From positions 2,816,001 to 2,880,000 of the forward strand of contig OY764265.1 of the NCBI GenBank assembly GCA_963668355.1: a DNA stretch of 64,000 nt, given 5' to 3'. Both the position numbers and the translations under genes were made by a program. A model generated the notes under the pieces. It searched no databases. It saw only the letters and a list, made by a program, of their open reading frames with translations, and had not been told where the DNA came from. The stretch comes from Bdellovibrionota bacterium (GTDB lineage Bacteria; Bdellovibrionota_G; JALEGL01; DATDPG01). This document shows positions 9,650 through 17,961 of this stretch, one piece after another; within the stretch, counting starts at the first letter, position 1, and each line of letters starts with the position of its first letter.

Positions 9650-9783
9650 GACGACTACAGAGGGGAAAACCTTCGTTTTCCCCTCGGCGAAAAAACGTCG
9701 TTTTTCGCCTTCACCCCTTTCCAAATCCGTGGCTACGCCACGTCTTAGGAGAGCTTTAGAAATCCTATGCTGTTGTTTGGGAA

Positions 9784-9858
9784 TGGTGGGTGCGGGCAGG
9801 ATTGAACTGCCGACCTCTACCGTGTCAAGGTAGCGCTCTCCCACTGAGCTACGCGCCC
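9784..9858 (-). tRNA. tRNA-Val (GAC)
   Basis: GGGCGCGTAGCTCAGTGGGAGAGCGCTACCTTGACACGGTAGAGGTCGGCAGTTCAATCCTGCCCGCACCCACCA folds as a 75-nt cloverleaf with anticodon GAC and encoded CCA. Confidence 0.96.
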
Positions 9859-9915
9859 ACTCTCAAGATCGGTTTGGCTGTCTATCAGAATTAGAATTTT
9901 CGTCAATCGAGAGTT

Positions 9916-11487
9916 TCAATCCACAGATTCAAGTTCTTTATACGTAAACACCGCCTGGAAAAAAGGCGTTCCCTCCACTTCATAGCCAAGCAAATAGCGC
10001 TTCATGTCTTCAATGGAAAAGCCATTGGCTCTTAATTCGGAAAGGTTCACATGAATATTGGTCTTGGTCACCCCTGAAATGGGAGAAACGTCATTGTCCA
10101 TATGATCAAATCTTTTTTCCAAGTCTTTCGTCAATTTCTGGAGGTCCAAAATCTTTCCCCCGGAGATTTCCGTCAAAGGCGCGACACCATGATCTGCCGA
10201 CACAATCAAAACAATGTTTCCCTTCGAATGTTTGTATAGAAGATTAAAGATTCTTTTCAATTGTCGATCGGATTCAGAAAGGGTTTCCCGACATTCCAGA
10301 CTTTCCGAACCGAGATAGTGCCCACAATAGTCCGTGGCTTTGAAATTCACCAAAACCAGGTCGGTCACGTCATCTTGCCCCACCTTTTCGGAAACCAGAA
10401 CCTCATTCAACATATCCCCTTCCATTTGCGTAAACGCAGGAGAGCCCTTCCAACAGCCAAACAATGCTCCTTGATGCCCCTTTCCTTCATACCGACAGGT
10501 TTGCTTTCGCCAATAGGGGAAATCTTGGTTTCGAGAGATGTATTGAGAAAATCGAAACTTTTTGGCGACCGTGGGGATCCGATAAATCTGGCTGTCCGTT
10601 ACAAACCCGTCTTTTTCGCCTCCATGCCAAAGAACGACATCCGCATCTCCACCTAAGTAGTCCAATCCATGTCCACCCAATCCAATCGATGCTCGGTGCA
10701 CGGAGGCATAGGCCAATATTTTTGCCTGATTCTGTGTGGCAACATCCCATCGATCCGCAATCGTGGGTTCTTTTAGCAATTGGGGATGGGTTCCACGAGG
10801 TCCAAAATAGGCTTTGTATTTTCGATTCAACCCCGAATTGAACGGTTTGTTCTCGACAATGCCATTGACGCGTGGAAAAGCCCCCGTTCCAAAAACAGCA
10901 TGGGAAACCGCCGTGACCGAAGGGACATAATCCAGCCGGGCGTTCTCATACACAAAACCTTTTTCCATAATCTCGGACAAAAAGGGAATATGATCCGCAT
11001 GATGGTTCCAATAGCCCCATCCTACTTGATCCAACACCACAAAAAGAATGACCGCCGGCTTTTGTGAGGTCTTTTTCAGAGATTCCAGAAGGGGTTTTCC
11101 GGCGGCATAAGAGGGTTCACTCAACGATAGAAATTTGGCCATCGTCGGAGCTATGTCCGTCGGAGAGGAAAGCGTTTGGCTCTTCCCCTTCTGAATAAAT
11201 TCTTCTCCATAGAGAACAAGGGGAACGTGGGTATCGTAGGCATAAGGAAGGCCATGATCGGTTCCCCGATGTTCTCGCTCCACATAGGTTCCACCTATGG
11301 GAATATGGCTTTTCCACTTCGCAAAGACGATGTCTTCTTCCGTCAGAAGATTGTACGGCTTGGGGATGACAAATAATTCGAACGCGCCCGGGTAATAGGC
11401 TGTGCGAACCGTTTCTCGCATCACCGGCTTTTTGACACATGAAACTAGAGACAAAAACACCAACAGGTAGAGAGGAAGCTTTTTCAT
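9916..11487 (-). CDS. Alkaline phosphatase superfamily lipoprotein (PafA/PhoK type), circularly permuted
   Basis: Lipobox LVSC. Motifs DHGLPYAYDTHVPL and TDIAPT come before VVLDQ, PSVTAVSH, TDYCGH and SADHG. Confidence 0.85.
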   Translation of the reverse strand: MKKLPLYLLVFLSLVSCVKKPVMRETVRTAYYPGAFELFVIPKPYNLLTEEDIVFAKWKSHIPIGGTYVEREHRGTDHGLPYAYDTHVPLVLYGEEFIQKGKSQTLSSPTDIAPTMAKFLSLSEPSYAAGKPLLESLKKTSQKPAVILFVVLDQVGWGYWNHHADHIPFLSEIMEKGFVYENARLDYVPSVTAVSHAVFGTGAFPRVNGIVENKPFNSGLNRKYKAYFGPRGTHPQLLKEPTIADRWDVATQNQAKILAYASVHRASIGLGGHGLDYLGGDADVVLWHGGEKDGFVTDSQIYRIPTVAKKFRFSQYISRNQDFPYWRKQTCRYEGKGHQGALFGCWKGSPAFTQMEGDMLNEVLVSEKVGQDDVTDLVLVNFKATDYCGHYLGSESLECRETLSESDRQLKRIFNLLYKHSKGNIVLIVSADHGVAPLTEISGGKILDLQKLTKDLEKRFDHMDNDVSPISGVTKTNIHVNLSELRANGFSIEDMKRYLLGYEVEGTPFFQAVFTYKELESVD

Positions 11488-11529
11488 GCCACCCACCCTA
11501 CCTGTTTAGCGTAAAGACTTGTTTAAGAA

Positions 11530-12051
11530 CTATTTATGATTCTTGTCGTATGTTTTGACGACACGGTCGGTGATGTCGTATGCACTCTTCGTGTACACGA
11601 TATCCCCTTTTTCAAAGATCATGTCGAATTTATCTTTGCGACCAATCTCTTCCACAATCGTGCGAATTCGTTTGAGGATTTGTCCCGTTAAGGTGACTTC
11701 TTTTTCCTGCATTTCCTTTTGCGCCGTCATCATCAATTGCTGAAAGGCCATTTGCTTGCTTTGAAGTTCCTTCTGTTTCTCTTCCAAGGCTTTCTTCGAA
11801 AGGATCATGCGTTGCTTTTCAAAATCTTCCGTCAATTTCTGAAGTTCGGTTCTTTGGCGATCCAATTCATCTTTTTTCTTTTTGATGACTTTTTCAAAAT
11901 CGGCCTTGGCCTTTTTACCCTCTTCCACGCTATCTAAGACGCGCTGAATATCCACAACCGCAAACTTCTCGGGGGCAGCTTTTACGAGCGTGGGAAGGCC
12001 CACAAGACCAACAGCGACAACCAACAAAACGAACCAACTAATTTTTTTCAT
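11530..12051 (-). CDS. skp: Periplasmic chaperone Skp/OmpH
   Basis: Signal peptide, KFAVVDIQRVL, coiled coil, DITDRVV. AAGGAG SD before the ATG at 12051; downstream of bamA. Confidence 0.92.
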   Translation of the reverse strand: MKKISWFVLLVVAVGLVGLPTLVKAAPEKFAVVDIQRVLDSVEEGKKAKADFEKVIKKKKDELDRQRTELQKLTEDFEKQRMILSKKALEEKQKELQSKQMAFQQLMMTAQKEMQEKEVTLTGQILKRIRTIVEEIGRKDKFDMIFEKGDIVYTKSAYDITDRVVKTYDKNHK

Positions 12052-12061
12052 GATGTTCTCC

Positions 12062-14374
12062 TTAAAATAATGATCCGATCGTGAAATCGAACGCGACAAA
12101 ACTTTCATCCTCTTTTCGATCCAAGGGGAAGCCCCATTCAAATCGCAAGGGTCCGATGGGCGAAAACCATCGAATTCCAAAACCCGTACTTTGCCGTTGC
12201 CCTGCCAGGGTAAAGGGAGTTTCGCCATTGTCAAAGGCATTCCCCATATCAAAGAAGAAAACGCCCTTGATGCCCGCAGCAGAGATGATCGGGAAAATGT
12301 ATTCTGCGTTAAAAATCACCTGTTTATTCCCCCCCACATTGAAGTCACTTGTAACCAATGAGGTTGGGTCGCTGGATGAGGCCACTTGAATTTCCGGTCC
12401 CAAAGACCGAATGGGGAAACCTCGAATCGTAAAAATGCCTCCGGGGAAATAACGCTCAAAAAGTGGGACCCGCTCCCCATCTCTCAATGGAGCGACATAA
12501 CCCGTGCCGAAATGGAAAGCCAACACCGATTTACCGATGATGGGAATGCGACTATTTGGGGCCACCGGAAAATACCATCTCGCATCCAACTCAGACTTTG
12601 AGAATGAATTGTCTCCCCCGAAAATTCGTCCCGCAAATTCCTGCGTAAGCGAAAGATAGGAACCACTGCTCGGTTCGAACACGCGATCTCTGGTGTCGTG
12701 AGAGATGCTTAACGTCACCGACGATGTCAAACCACTATCAAAAAGATTTTCGACCGTAGATCGAATATTCGAAAGGTTTTGGTCTACCAATCCATATGTG
12801 ATCCCCGCACGAACACGTCGTAAGCCTTTTCGATAGAGAGGATAATCAAAACCAATCGTGCCTCCGCGTGAGGTCAGATCAAAGTCAGAGAATGCGCGTT
12901 CAATATTGAAGGCATTGACCGTCAACCCCCATTTTGTATCGAGAAAATGTTCATCTCGATACTGAAGATTGAAGGCTTGGGTTCGGCCTCCCAAACGTGC
13001 ACTCAGCATCAAATCTACGCCATACCCGAAAAGATTTCGCCTTTGAACTTGTCCGATCACCTGAAAGGACTCCAAGGTATTGAATCCTGCTCCGATGGAG
13101 AAACTTCCCGTTGATTTTTCCTTCACATCTATAACGACATCCACGCGTTCATCGGTGGAAGCGCGTGGGGTGGTGAGTCGAACTTCTTCAAAAAGAGCCA
13201 ATCGATCGATGTTTGCTTTGGACTCCTGAATCTTGGTGGCGGAATAATACTCTCCCTCAAGAATCGACATCTCCCTCCGGAGAACCTTATCCCGAGTGGT
13301 GTCATTTCCTGTAAAACGAATCTCTTCAATTCGAACCTTTTTACCCGGTTGAAGAAAATAATTAATGCTGACCGTTTTTGAATCTTCATCATAGGAATCT
13401 CGGGGAATAACGTTGGCATAGGCGTACCCCTCATCCATATAAGCCGTGGACAACGCTTGAATGTCTTTCTGAATGATCCACGTGTCTACGGTTTTTCCAC
13501 TTTCCAAACTCACCATTTTTTCGAGTTTGCTTTTGGGAATCACAAACTCTCCGCCAATATCCACCGTTCCAACTTTGTAGGCTTCTCCTTCATCCACCAC
13601 GAACGTTAAGGAAAGGCGTTGTTTATCTCTTGAAAGTTGTAACCGAGGATCACTCACCCTGGCTTTGATATAGCCGTGATGTCCATACCATTGCCGAACA
13701 ATTTCTCGGTCCCGTTTTAGAGCCATATCCTCAAAAGAACCGCTACCGGTTAAAAAGGAGAGAAATCCTTTTTCTTTTGTAAAAATGACATCCTTGAGTT
13801 GATCATCCGTAAACACCTGGTTTCCAACGAAGTGAATTTGTTCAATTTCAACTTTCTTGTTTTCTTCAATTTCAAAAATCAAATTGGCTTCGTTGTTCGG
13901 CAGCGGATCCAAACGGGTTCGGATTTCGGTAAGGTAATAACCTTCTCGCTCATAATAGGCCCGCAAGGCATCGACATCTCTGCGAATTTTTCCTTGATTC
14001 AAATACGTAAACGGCTTGATGAGCGTTTCTTCTTTGAGATCTTCCGTATCTTCCTCTTCATTTCCAGAAAACTGAATGCTTCGAATGACCGTTTTTTCTT
14101 TCACAGAAAACGTCAAACGCGCATTGGACTCATTGAAAGAGACCTGAACATCCTGGAAATAACCCATTCGGAAAATGCTTCGAACATCCGTTTGAATTTG
14201 TGTGGAGCGATAGCGTGTCCCTTTTTGAGAGGAAATGACTCGAAGAATTGCGGGAGATTCGATCCTCCGATTTCCCTGAATTTGGACATCCTTTATGAGC
14301 GATCCTTCAATGGCTCCAAAGGCCATCTGGGTCCACAAAAGAACGAAACTGAGAATTCCTAAAAACCGTCTCAT
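12062..14374 (-). CDS. bamA: Outer membrane protein assembly factor BamA
   Basis: Five POTRA repeats, IRGF loop-6 motif, WFSPIGPLRFEWG, C-terminal F. Confidence 0.95.
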   Translation of the reverse strand: MRRFLGILSFVLLWTQMAFGAIEGSLIKDVQIQGNRRIESPAILRVISSQKGTRYRSTQIQTDVRSIFRMGYFQDVQVSFNESNARLTFSVKEKTVIRSIQFSGNEEEDTEDLKEETLIKPFTYLNQGKIRRDVDALRAYYEREGYYLTEIRTRLDPLPNNEANLIFEIEENKKVEIEQIHFVGNQVFTDDQLKDVIFTKEKGFLSFLTGSGSFEDMALKRDREIVRQWYGHHGYIKARVSDPRLQLSRDKQRLSLTFVVDEGEAYKVGTVDIGGEFVIPKSKLEKMVSLESGKTVDTWIIQKDIQALSTAYMDEGYAYANVIPRDSYDEDSKTVSINYFLQPGKKVRIEEIRFTGNDTTRDKVLRREMSILEGEYYSATKIQESKANIDRLALFEEVRLTTPRASTDERVDVVIDVKEKSTGSFSIGAGFNTLESFQVIGQVQRRNLFGYGVDLMLSARLGGRTQAFNLQYRDEHFLDTKWGLTVNAFNIERAFSDFDLTSRGGTIGFDYPLYRKGLRRVRAGITYGLVDQNLSNIRSTVENLFDSGLTSSVTLSISHDTRDRVFEPSSGSYLSLTQEFAGRIFGGDNSFSKSELDARWYFPVAPNSRIPIIGKSVLAFHFGTGYVAPLRDGERVPLFERYFPGGIFTIRGFPIRSLGPEIQVASSSDPTSLVTSDFNVGGNKQVIFNAEYIFPIISAAGIKGVFFFDMGNAFDNGETPFTLAGQRQSTGFGIRWFSPIGPLRFEWGFPLDRKEDESFVAFDFTIGSLF

Positions 14375-15057
14375 GCAGCGGCCTCCTCACTCAGGTGACC
14401 GCCTTTCATTCGAAGAACACGATCCGCCCTCATGGCCAATTCTGGGTTGTGCGTTGCCACGATCATGCTGCGGCGTTTTTCGCTCACCACACTAAAAAGT
14501 AAATCTCCCACCGTTCGAGCGGTATCGACATCCAAATTGCCCGTGGGCTCATCGGCCAAAATCAATGCAGGATCCCCGACCAATGCTCGTGCAATGGCTA
14601 CACGTTGCTGTTCTCCGCCCGAAAGCTCCGCCGGACGATGAAGCAAACGTTCTTCCAAACCAACTTGAATCAACGCATCCTCCGCCTTTTCTTCCACTTC
14701 TCCTGCATCCTCTCGCCTCATCAACAAGGGCATCATCACATTCTCCAAAGCCGTGAATTCTGGCAACAAATAGTGAAATTGGAAGATAAACCCAATTGAG
14801 CGATTGCGAAACTCTGCAAGTTTTTTGGAGCTGCGCGAAAACACGTCCTCTCCGCGAAACAGCACCTGGCCGCGGGAAGGCTGGTCTAACCCCCCCAGTA
14901 TATTGAGCAACGTGGACTTACCAACGCCCGAGGCCCCCACAACCGAGATGCTCTGCCCTTCCAAAACATCCATTTCAAGATCCTTCAAAACCTGTATTTG
15001 GGCGTTTCCCTTTTCGAAGGTTTTCTCGATTTCCTTGGCTTGAAGCAAACTATTCAT
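14371..15057 (-). CDS. lolD: Lipoprotein-releasing ABC transporter ATP-binding subunit
   Basis: [40 protein letters not shown]; follows lolE. Start moved to the ATG at 15057. Confidence 0.92.
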   Translation of the reverse strand: MNSLLQAKEIEKTFEKGNAQIQVLKDLEMDVLEGQSISVVGASGVGKSTLLNILGGLDQPSRGQVLFRGEDVFSRSSKKLAEFRNRSIGFIFQFHYLLPEFTALENVMMPLLMRREDAGEVEEKAEDALIQVGLEERLLHRPAELSGGEQQRVAIARALVGDPALILADEPTGNLDVDTARTVGDLLFSVVSEKRRSMIVATHNPELAMRADRVLRMKGGHLSEEAAA

Positions 15058-16282
15058 ATCGGAGCCCCTCCGCCGGAGCTGTTTTCGCCGCCCGTAAAGC
15101 CGGATATAACGTGGCCAAAAAGCTAATGAGAAGAGCACATACGGCCACGAGTAAAAATTCGTGCGTCTGCATGCGTACCGGCAACGAATCGATCTGATAC
15201 ACATCCGCATTTAAAGGGAATTTGATGTATTCCTTGAGCAAAACGCAAAGCACATAGCCCAAAATCGTCCCCAGAGCCATTCCTACGGCACCGATCAACG
15301 TGCCCGAAAACATAAAAATTCGTGCGATCGAGCGCCGAGTCGCTCCCATCGCTTTCAAAATTGCGATTTCTTTGCCTTTCGTGATGACCAAAAGCGTAAG
15401 TGTTCCAATGATGTTGAACGAAGCCACCAGAACGATCATCGTGAGGACAATGAAGAACGTGGTTTTTTCCAGCTTAAACGCATTGAAGAGATCCTGATTC
15501 AACTCAAGCCAGTGACGCACATAGTACTCTGACCCAAGCTCTGCCTGAATTCGCGCAGCGACTTTTCGGGCCTCCTCCACATTTTCCACGTTAATTTGAA
15601 AGCCGCTGACTTCTCCCGGACGTCCAAAGAAACGTTGCGCCACTCCCAACTCCACGTATGCGCTCTTGGAATCGTATTCATACAAACCGCTTTTAAAGAT
15701 ACCAGCCACCTCAAAACGTCGAACCTTTGGGCCAAAACCAAAAGGACTCAATTCCCCTGAAGGAGAAACCACATCCACAGTGGCATCCGGATACAAGTAA
15801 AGGGTTTGGTCAGCCAAAACCCTTCCAACGACAATTCCGGGGAGTTCTCCTTCGACAGGCTTTAACCCTTTCAAATCTCCAGAAACCATATCGTCTGCAA
15901 GAGACGTAGCCCCACCTACCCGGTCGGGATCCACCCCATAAATCACGACTCCTGCAGATCGCCCTGAATCAGCGTGAAGAAGTACCTCATTATAAAGAAA
16001 AGGACTGACCGCCGTGACCCCTTGGATTTTTTCCACCTTCGTCATGACCTCTTCATGATCGAGAATGGGCCCGGCCGTCCGGAAAAGAATGAGAGGGGCA
16101 TTATTTCCCAAAATTCGGGAACGAAAATCGGCCTCAAACCCAGAAACCACAGAAAGCACGACATTTAGGGCCATCACACCCAGAGCGACACCCAAAATGG
16201 AAATCACCGTGATGACCGAAAGAACCGCGTTATTCTTTCGCGACAAGAGGTATCGGAAACCGACTCGCGTCTCGTAAGACAT
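15050..16282 (-). CDS. lolE: Lipoprotein-releasing ABC transporter permease LolC/E
   Basis: [45 protein letters not shown]. Confidence 0.9.
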   Translation of the reverse strand: MSYETRVGFRYLLSRKNNAVLSVITVISILGVALGVMALNVVLSVVSGFEADFRSRILGNNAPLILFRTAGPILDHEEVMTKVEKIQGVTAVSPFLYNEVLLHADSGRSAGVVIYGVDPDRVGGATSLADDMVSGDLKGLKPVEGELPGIVVGRVLADQTLYLYPDATVDVVSPSGELSPFGFGPKVRRFEVAGIFKSGLYEYDSKSAYVELGVAQRFFGRPGEVSGFQINVENVEEARKVAARIQAELGSEYYVRHWLELNQDLFNAFKLEKTTFFIVLTMIVLVASFNIIGTLTLLVITKGKEIAILKAMGATRRSIARIFMFSGTLIGAVGMALGTILGYVLCVLLKEYIKFPLNADVYQIDSLPVRMQTHEFLLVAVCALLISFLATLYPALRAAKTAPAEGLRYE

Positions 16283-16288
16283 GGATTT

Positions 16289-17809
16289 CTAAATCACTTC
16301 CTTAAACCGTTTTTTGACGAACTCAGGTTCCAGACTTGCCAAGAAGAAACCCGCGCGGGGCCCCTTCGCCTTTCCAAGCAAGGAGAGATAAATGGCTTCG
16401 AACAATTCTTTTGGGGAAAGGCCCAGCTTTTCTTTGACCTCGTAAACGCGGGAGTGAATATCTTGTGCCGTCAGTCCCGGTTCCAACTTTTCGATGATTT
16501 CTCGAAGAGCTTGTTTTTGAAGGTCTGACAAATTTTTGGCCACTTCCGGCGTGCTCTCTTGAAGCGTAAATTTCACATCCTCAGGAGCAAACTTATCCAA
16601 CCACCTTCGTGCGTATTGAACGCGTTTTTCAATCTCCTTGGGTTCCTTAATCGGGTATCCCGTTCTCTCCAAAATCTCGATAACTTTTTTTACATCGTCC
16701 TGTGTGGTTTGAGCCAAACTCACCAAATGCCGAAAAGGCACTCCAGTCGCCCCAACGCCCCTGACTTCTGCCAATTCGGCCGCACGAACATTCCGATTCC
16801 GAGATTCATGGTCATCGTATTCATCAATCAACTGAAGGAGAGGAAGTCCTGGATCAAAGACAATCCGGCGGTTGGGTTTTGTTTTAATCACCATGTATTT
16901 GAGAACTTCTGGTGGAACGACTTCCAACATTTCATGAATGGAAAGCACATTGCCTTTGGAGGATGACATGTCGCCCCCTCCCTTTAGACTGATCCACTCA
17001 TAGATCACAGGAAACGGTGCCTCGAAGTCAAAGATCTCTTTCACCATGCGCTTACCCGTATCGTAGGAACCCCCACGCGAAGCGTGATCTTTTCCAAAAG
17101 GTTCTACGGTTACACCCAAAATTTCCCAACGGGCCGGCCAATCCACACGCCAGGTTAGCTTGCCACCTCCACGCATGGAAACTTCACCCGAGTCCCCACA
17201 TTCACATGTGTAATTAACGGTTTCCTGGGCCGCATCAAACCCCGTGGTTTGGGTTGTGGTCATACGACCACAGGCATTGCAAATGGGATTAAACGGAGAC
17301 CATTGATCGTCCGTTTCTTTTCCGGTTTCCTTCTTCAAAATCGCCCGGATTTCATTCGTATGTTCCAAAGCACGAATGATGTTTTGTACGTAACGACCTT
17401 CTTTGTACATGCGATCCGCGCGAACCACATCCAAGGGCATTCCAAGTTCTTCCATGGAGGCTAAAAAGGGCTCCAGAAAATGTTCGGCATAGCTTTCATG
17501 CTTGCCACACGGACAAGGAATTTCCGAAATGGGCTTTCCCACATGTTCGGCATAAATCGTTTCATCTAAGAATGGATACACCCTTCTTAAGGGATCAAAG
17601 GTGTCTGCGATATAATGGAACGTAACGTCTTGACCTTGGTCTTTGAGCGCACGAACGACTGCATCCGCCGTCACGACTTCGCGTAAATTTCCAATATGGA
17701 TCTCTCCGGAAGGGGTGATGCCGGTTGCAACAATCGTCCTCTTTTGGGATTTTTGTTGAATTTCCGAGGCCGCCTGATCGGCCCAAAATGTCGGTTCTTG
17801 ATTCGTCAT
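16289..17809 (-). CDS. lysK: Class I lysyl-tRNA synthetase
   Basis: HIGH-like GITPSGEIHIGN, GKLTWRVDWPARW, EPFGKDH, KMSKS-like DMSSSKGN, GPRAG, and Zn-type Cys motifs CPCGKH, CNAC and CEC. Confidence 0.93.
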   Translation of the reverse strand: MTNQEPTFWADQAASEIQQKSQKRTIVATGITPSGEIHIGNLREVVTADAVVRALKDQGQDVTFHYIADTFDPLRRVYPFLDETIYAEHVGKPISEIPCPCGKHESYAEHFLEPFLASMEELGMPLDVVRADRMYKEGRYVQNIIRALEHTNEIRAILKKETGKETDDQWSPFNPICNACGRMTTTQTTGFDAAQETVNYTCECGDSGEVSMRGGGKLTWRVDWPARWEILGVTVEPFGKDHASRGGSYDTGKRMVKEIFDFEAPFPVIYEWISLKGGGDMSSSKGNVLSIHEMLEVVPPEVLKYMVIKTKPNRRIVFDPGLPLLQLIDEYDDHESRNRNVRAAELAEVRGVGATGVPFRHLVSLAQTTQDDVKKVIEILERTGYPIKEPKEIEKRVQYARRWLDKFAPEDVKFTLQESTPEVAKNLSDLQKQALREIIEKLEPGLTAQDIHSRVYEVKEKLGLSPKELFEAIYLSLLGKAKGPRAGFFLASLEPEFVKKRFKEVI

Positions 17810-17820
17810 GGAGCGGCGAG

Positions 17821-17849
17821 GTTCTACCGGAGGTCGCCCTTTGCGTCAA
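17821..17849 (-). promoter_or_regulatory. Putative sigma70 promoter of lysK
   Basis: TTGACG-17 nt-TAGAAC, ending 11 nt before the ATG; no SD. Confidence 0.5.
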
Positions 17850-17879
17850 TTCTTCCTTTAAGTCTAGATATTTATCCCA

Positions 17880-17961
17880 AAAACCCCATTCCGGCTCGAT
17901 CCCGAGCGGCGTAGCGCGAGGCGAAGCATCTTTGAACAAGGATTGGAATTTACGGGGTTTT
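17880..17961. repeat. Composite hairpin (REP/MITE-like) between prfB and lysK
   Basis: Outer arms AAAACCCC-ATTCC / GGAAT-(TTAC)-GGGGTTTT enclose GCTCG-ATCC-CGAGC, GCGTAGC and GCGAAGC. Confidence 0.55.

Noticed and set aside
9390..9783. Possible CRISPR array or prophage attL/attR
   Set aside because: There are only two unequal units, the repeats derive from the tRNA and trailer, and no cas, integrase or phage genes are in the window.
9378..9844. Short ORFs (9378-9647, 9491-9844, 9520-9759) with a repeated peptide YLDTVEVGSS
   Set aside because: They are translations of the tRNA and its duplicate, not proteins.
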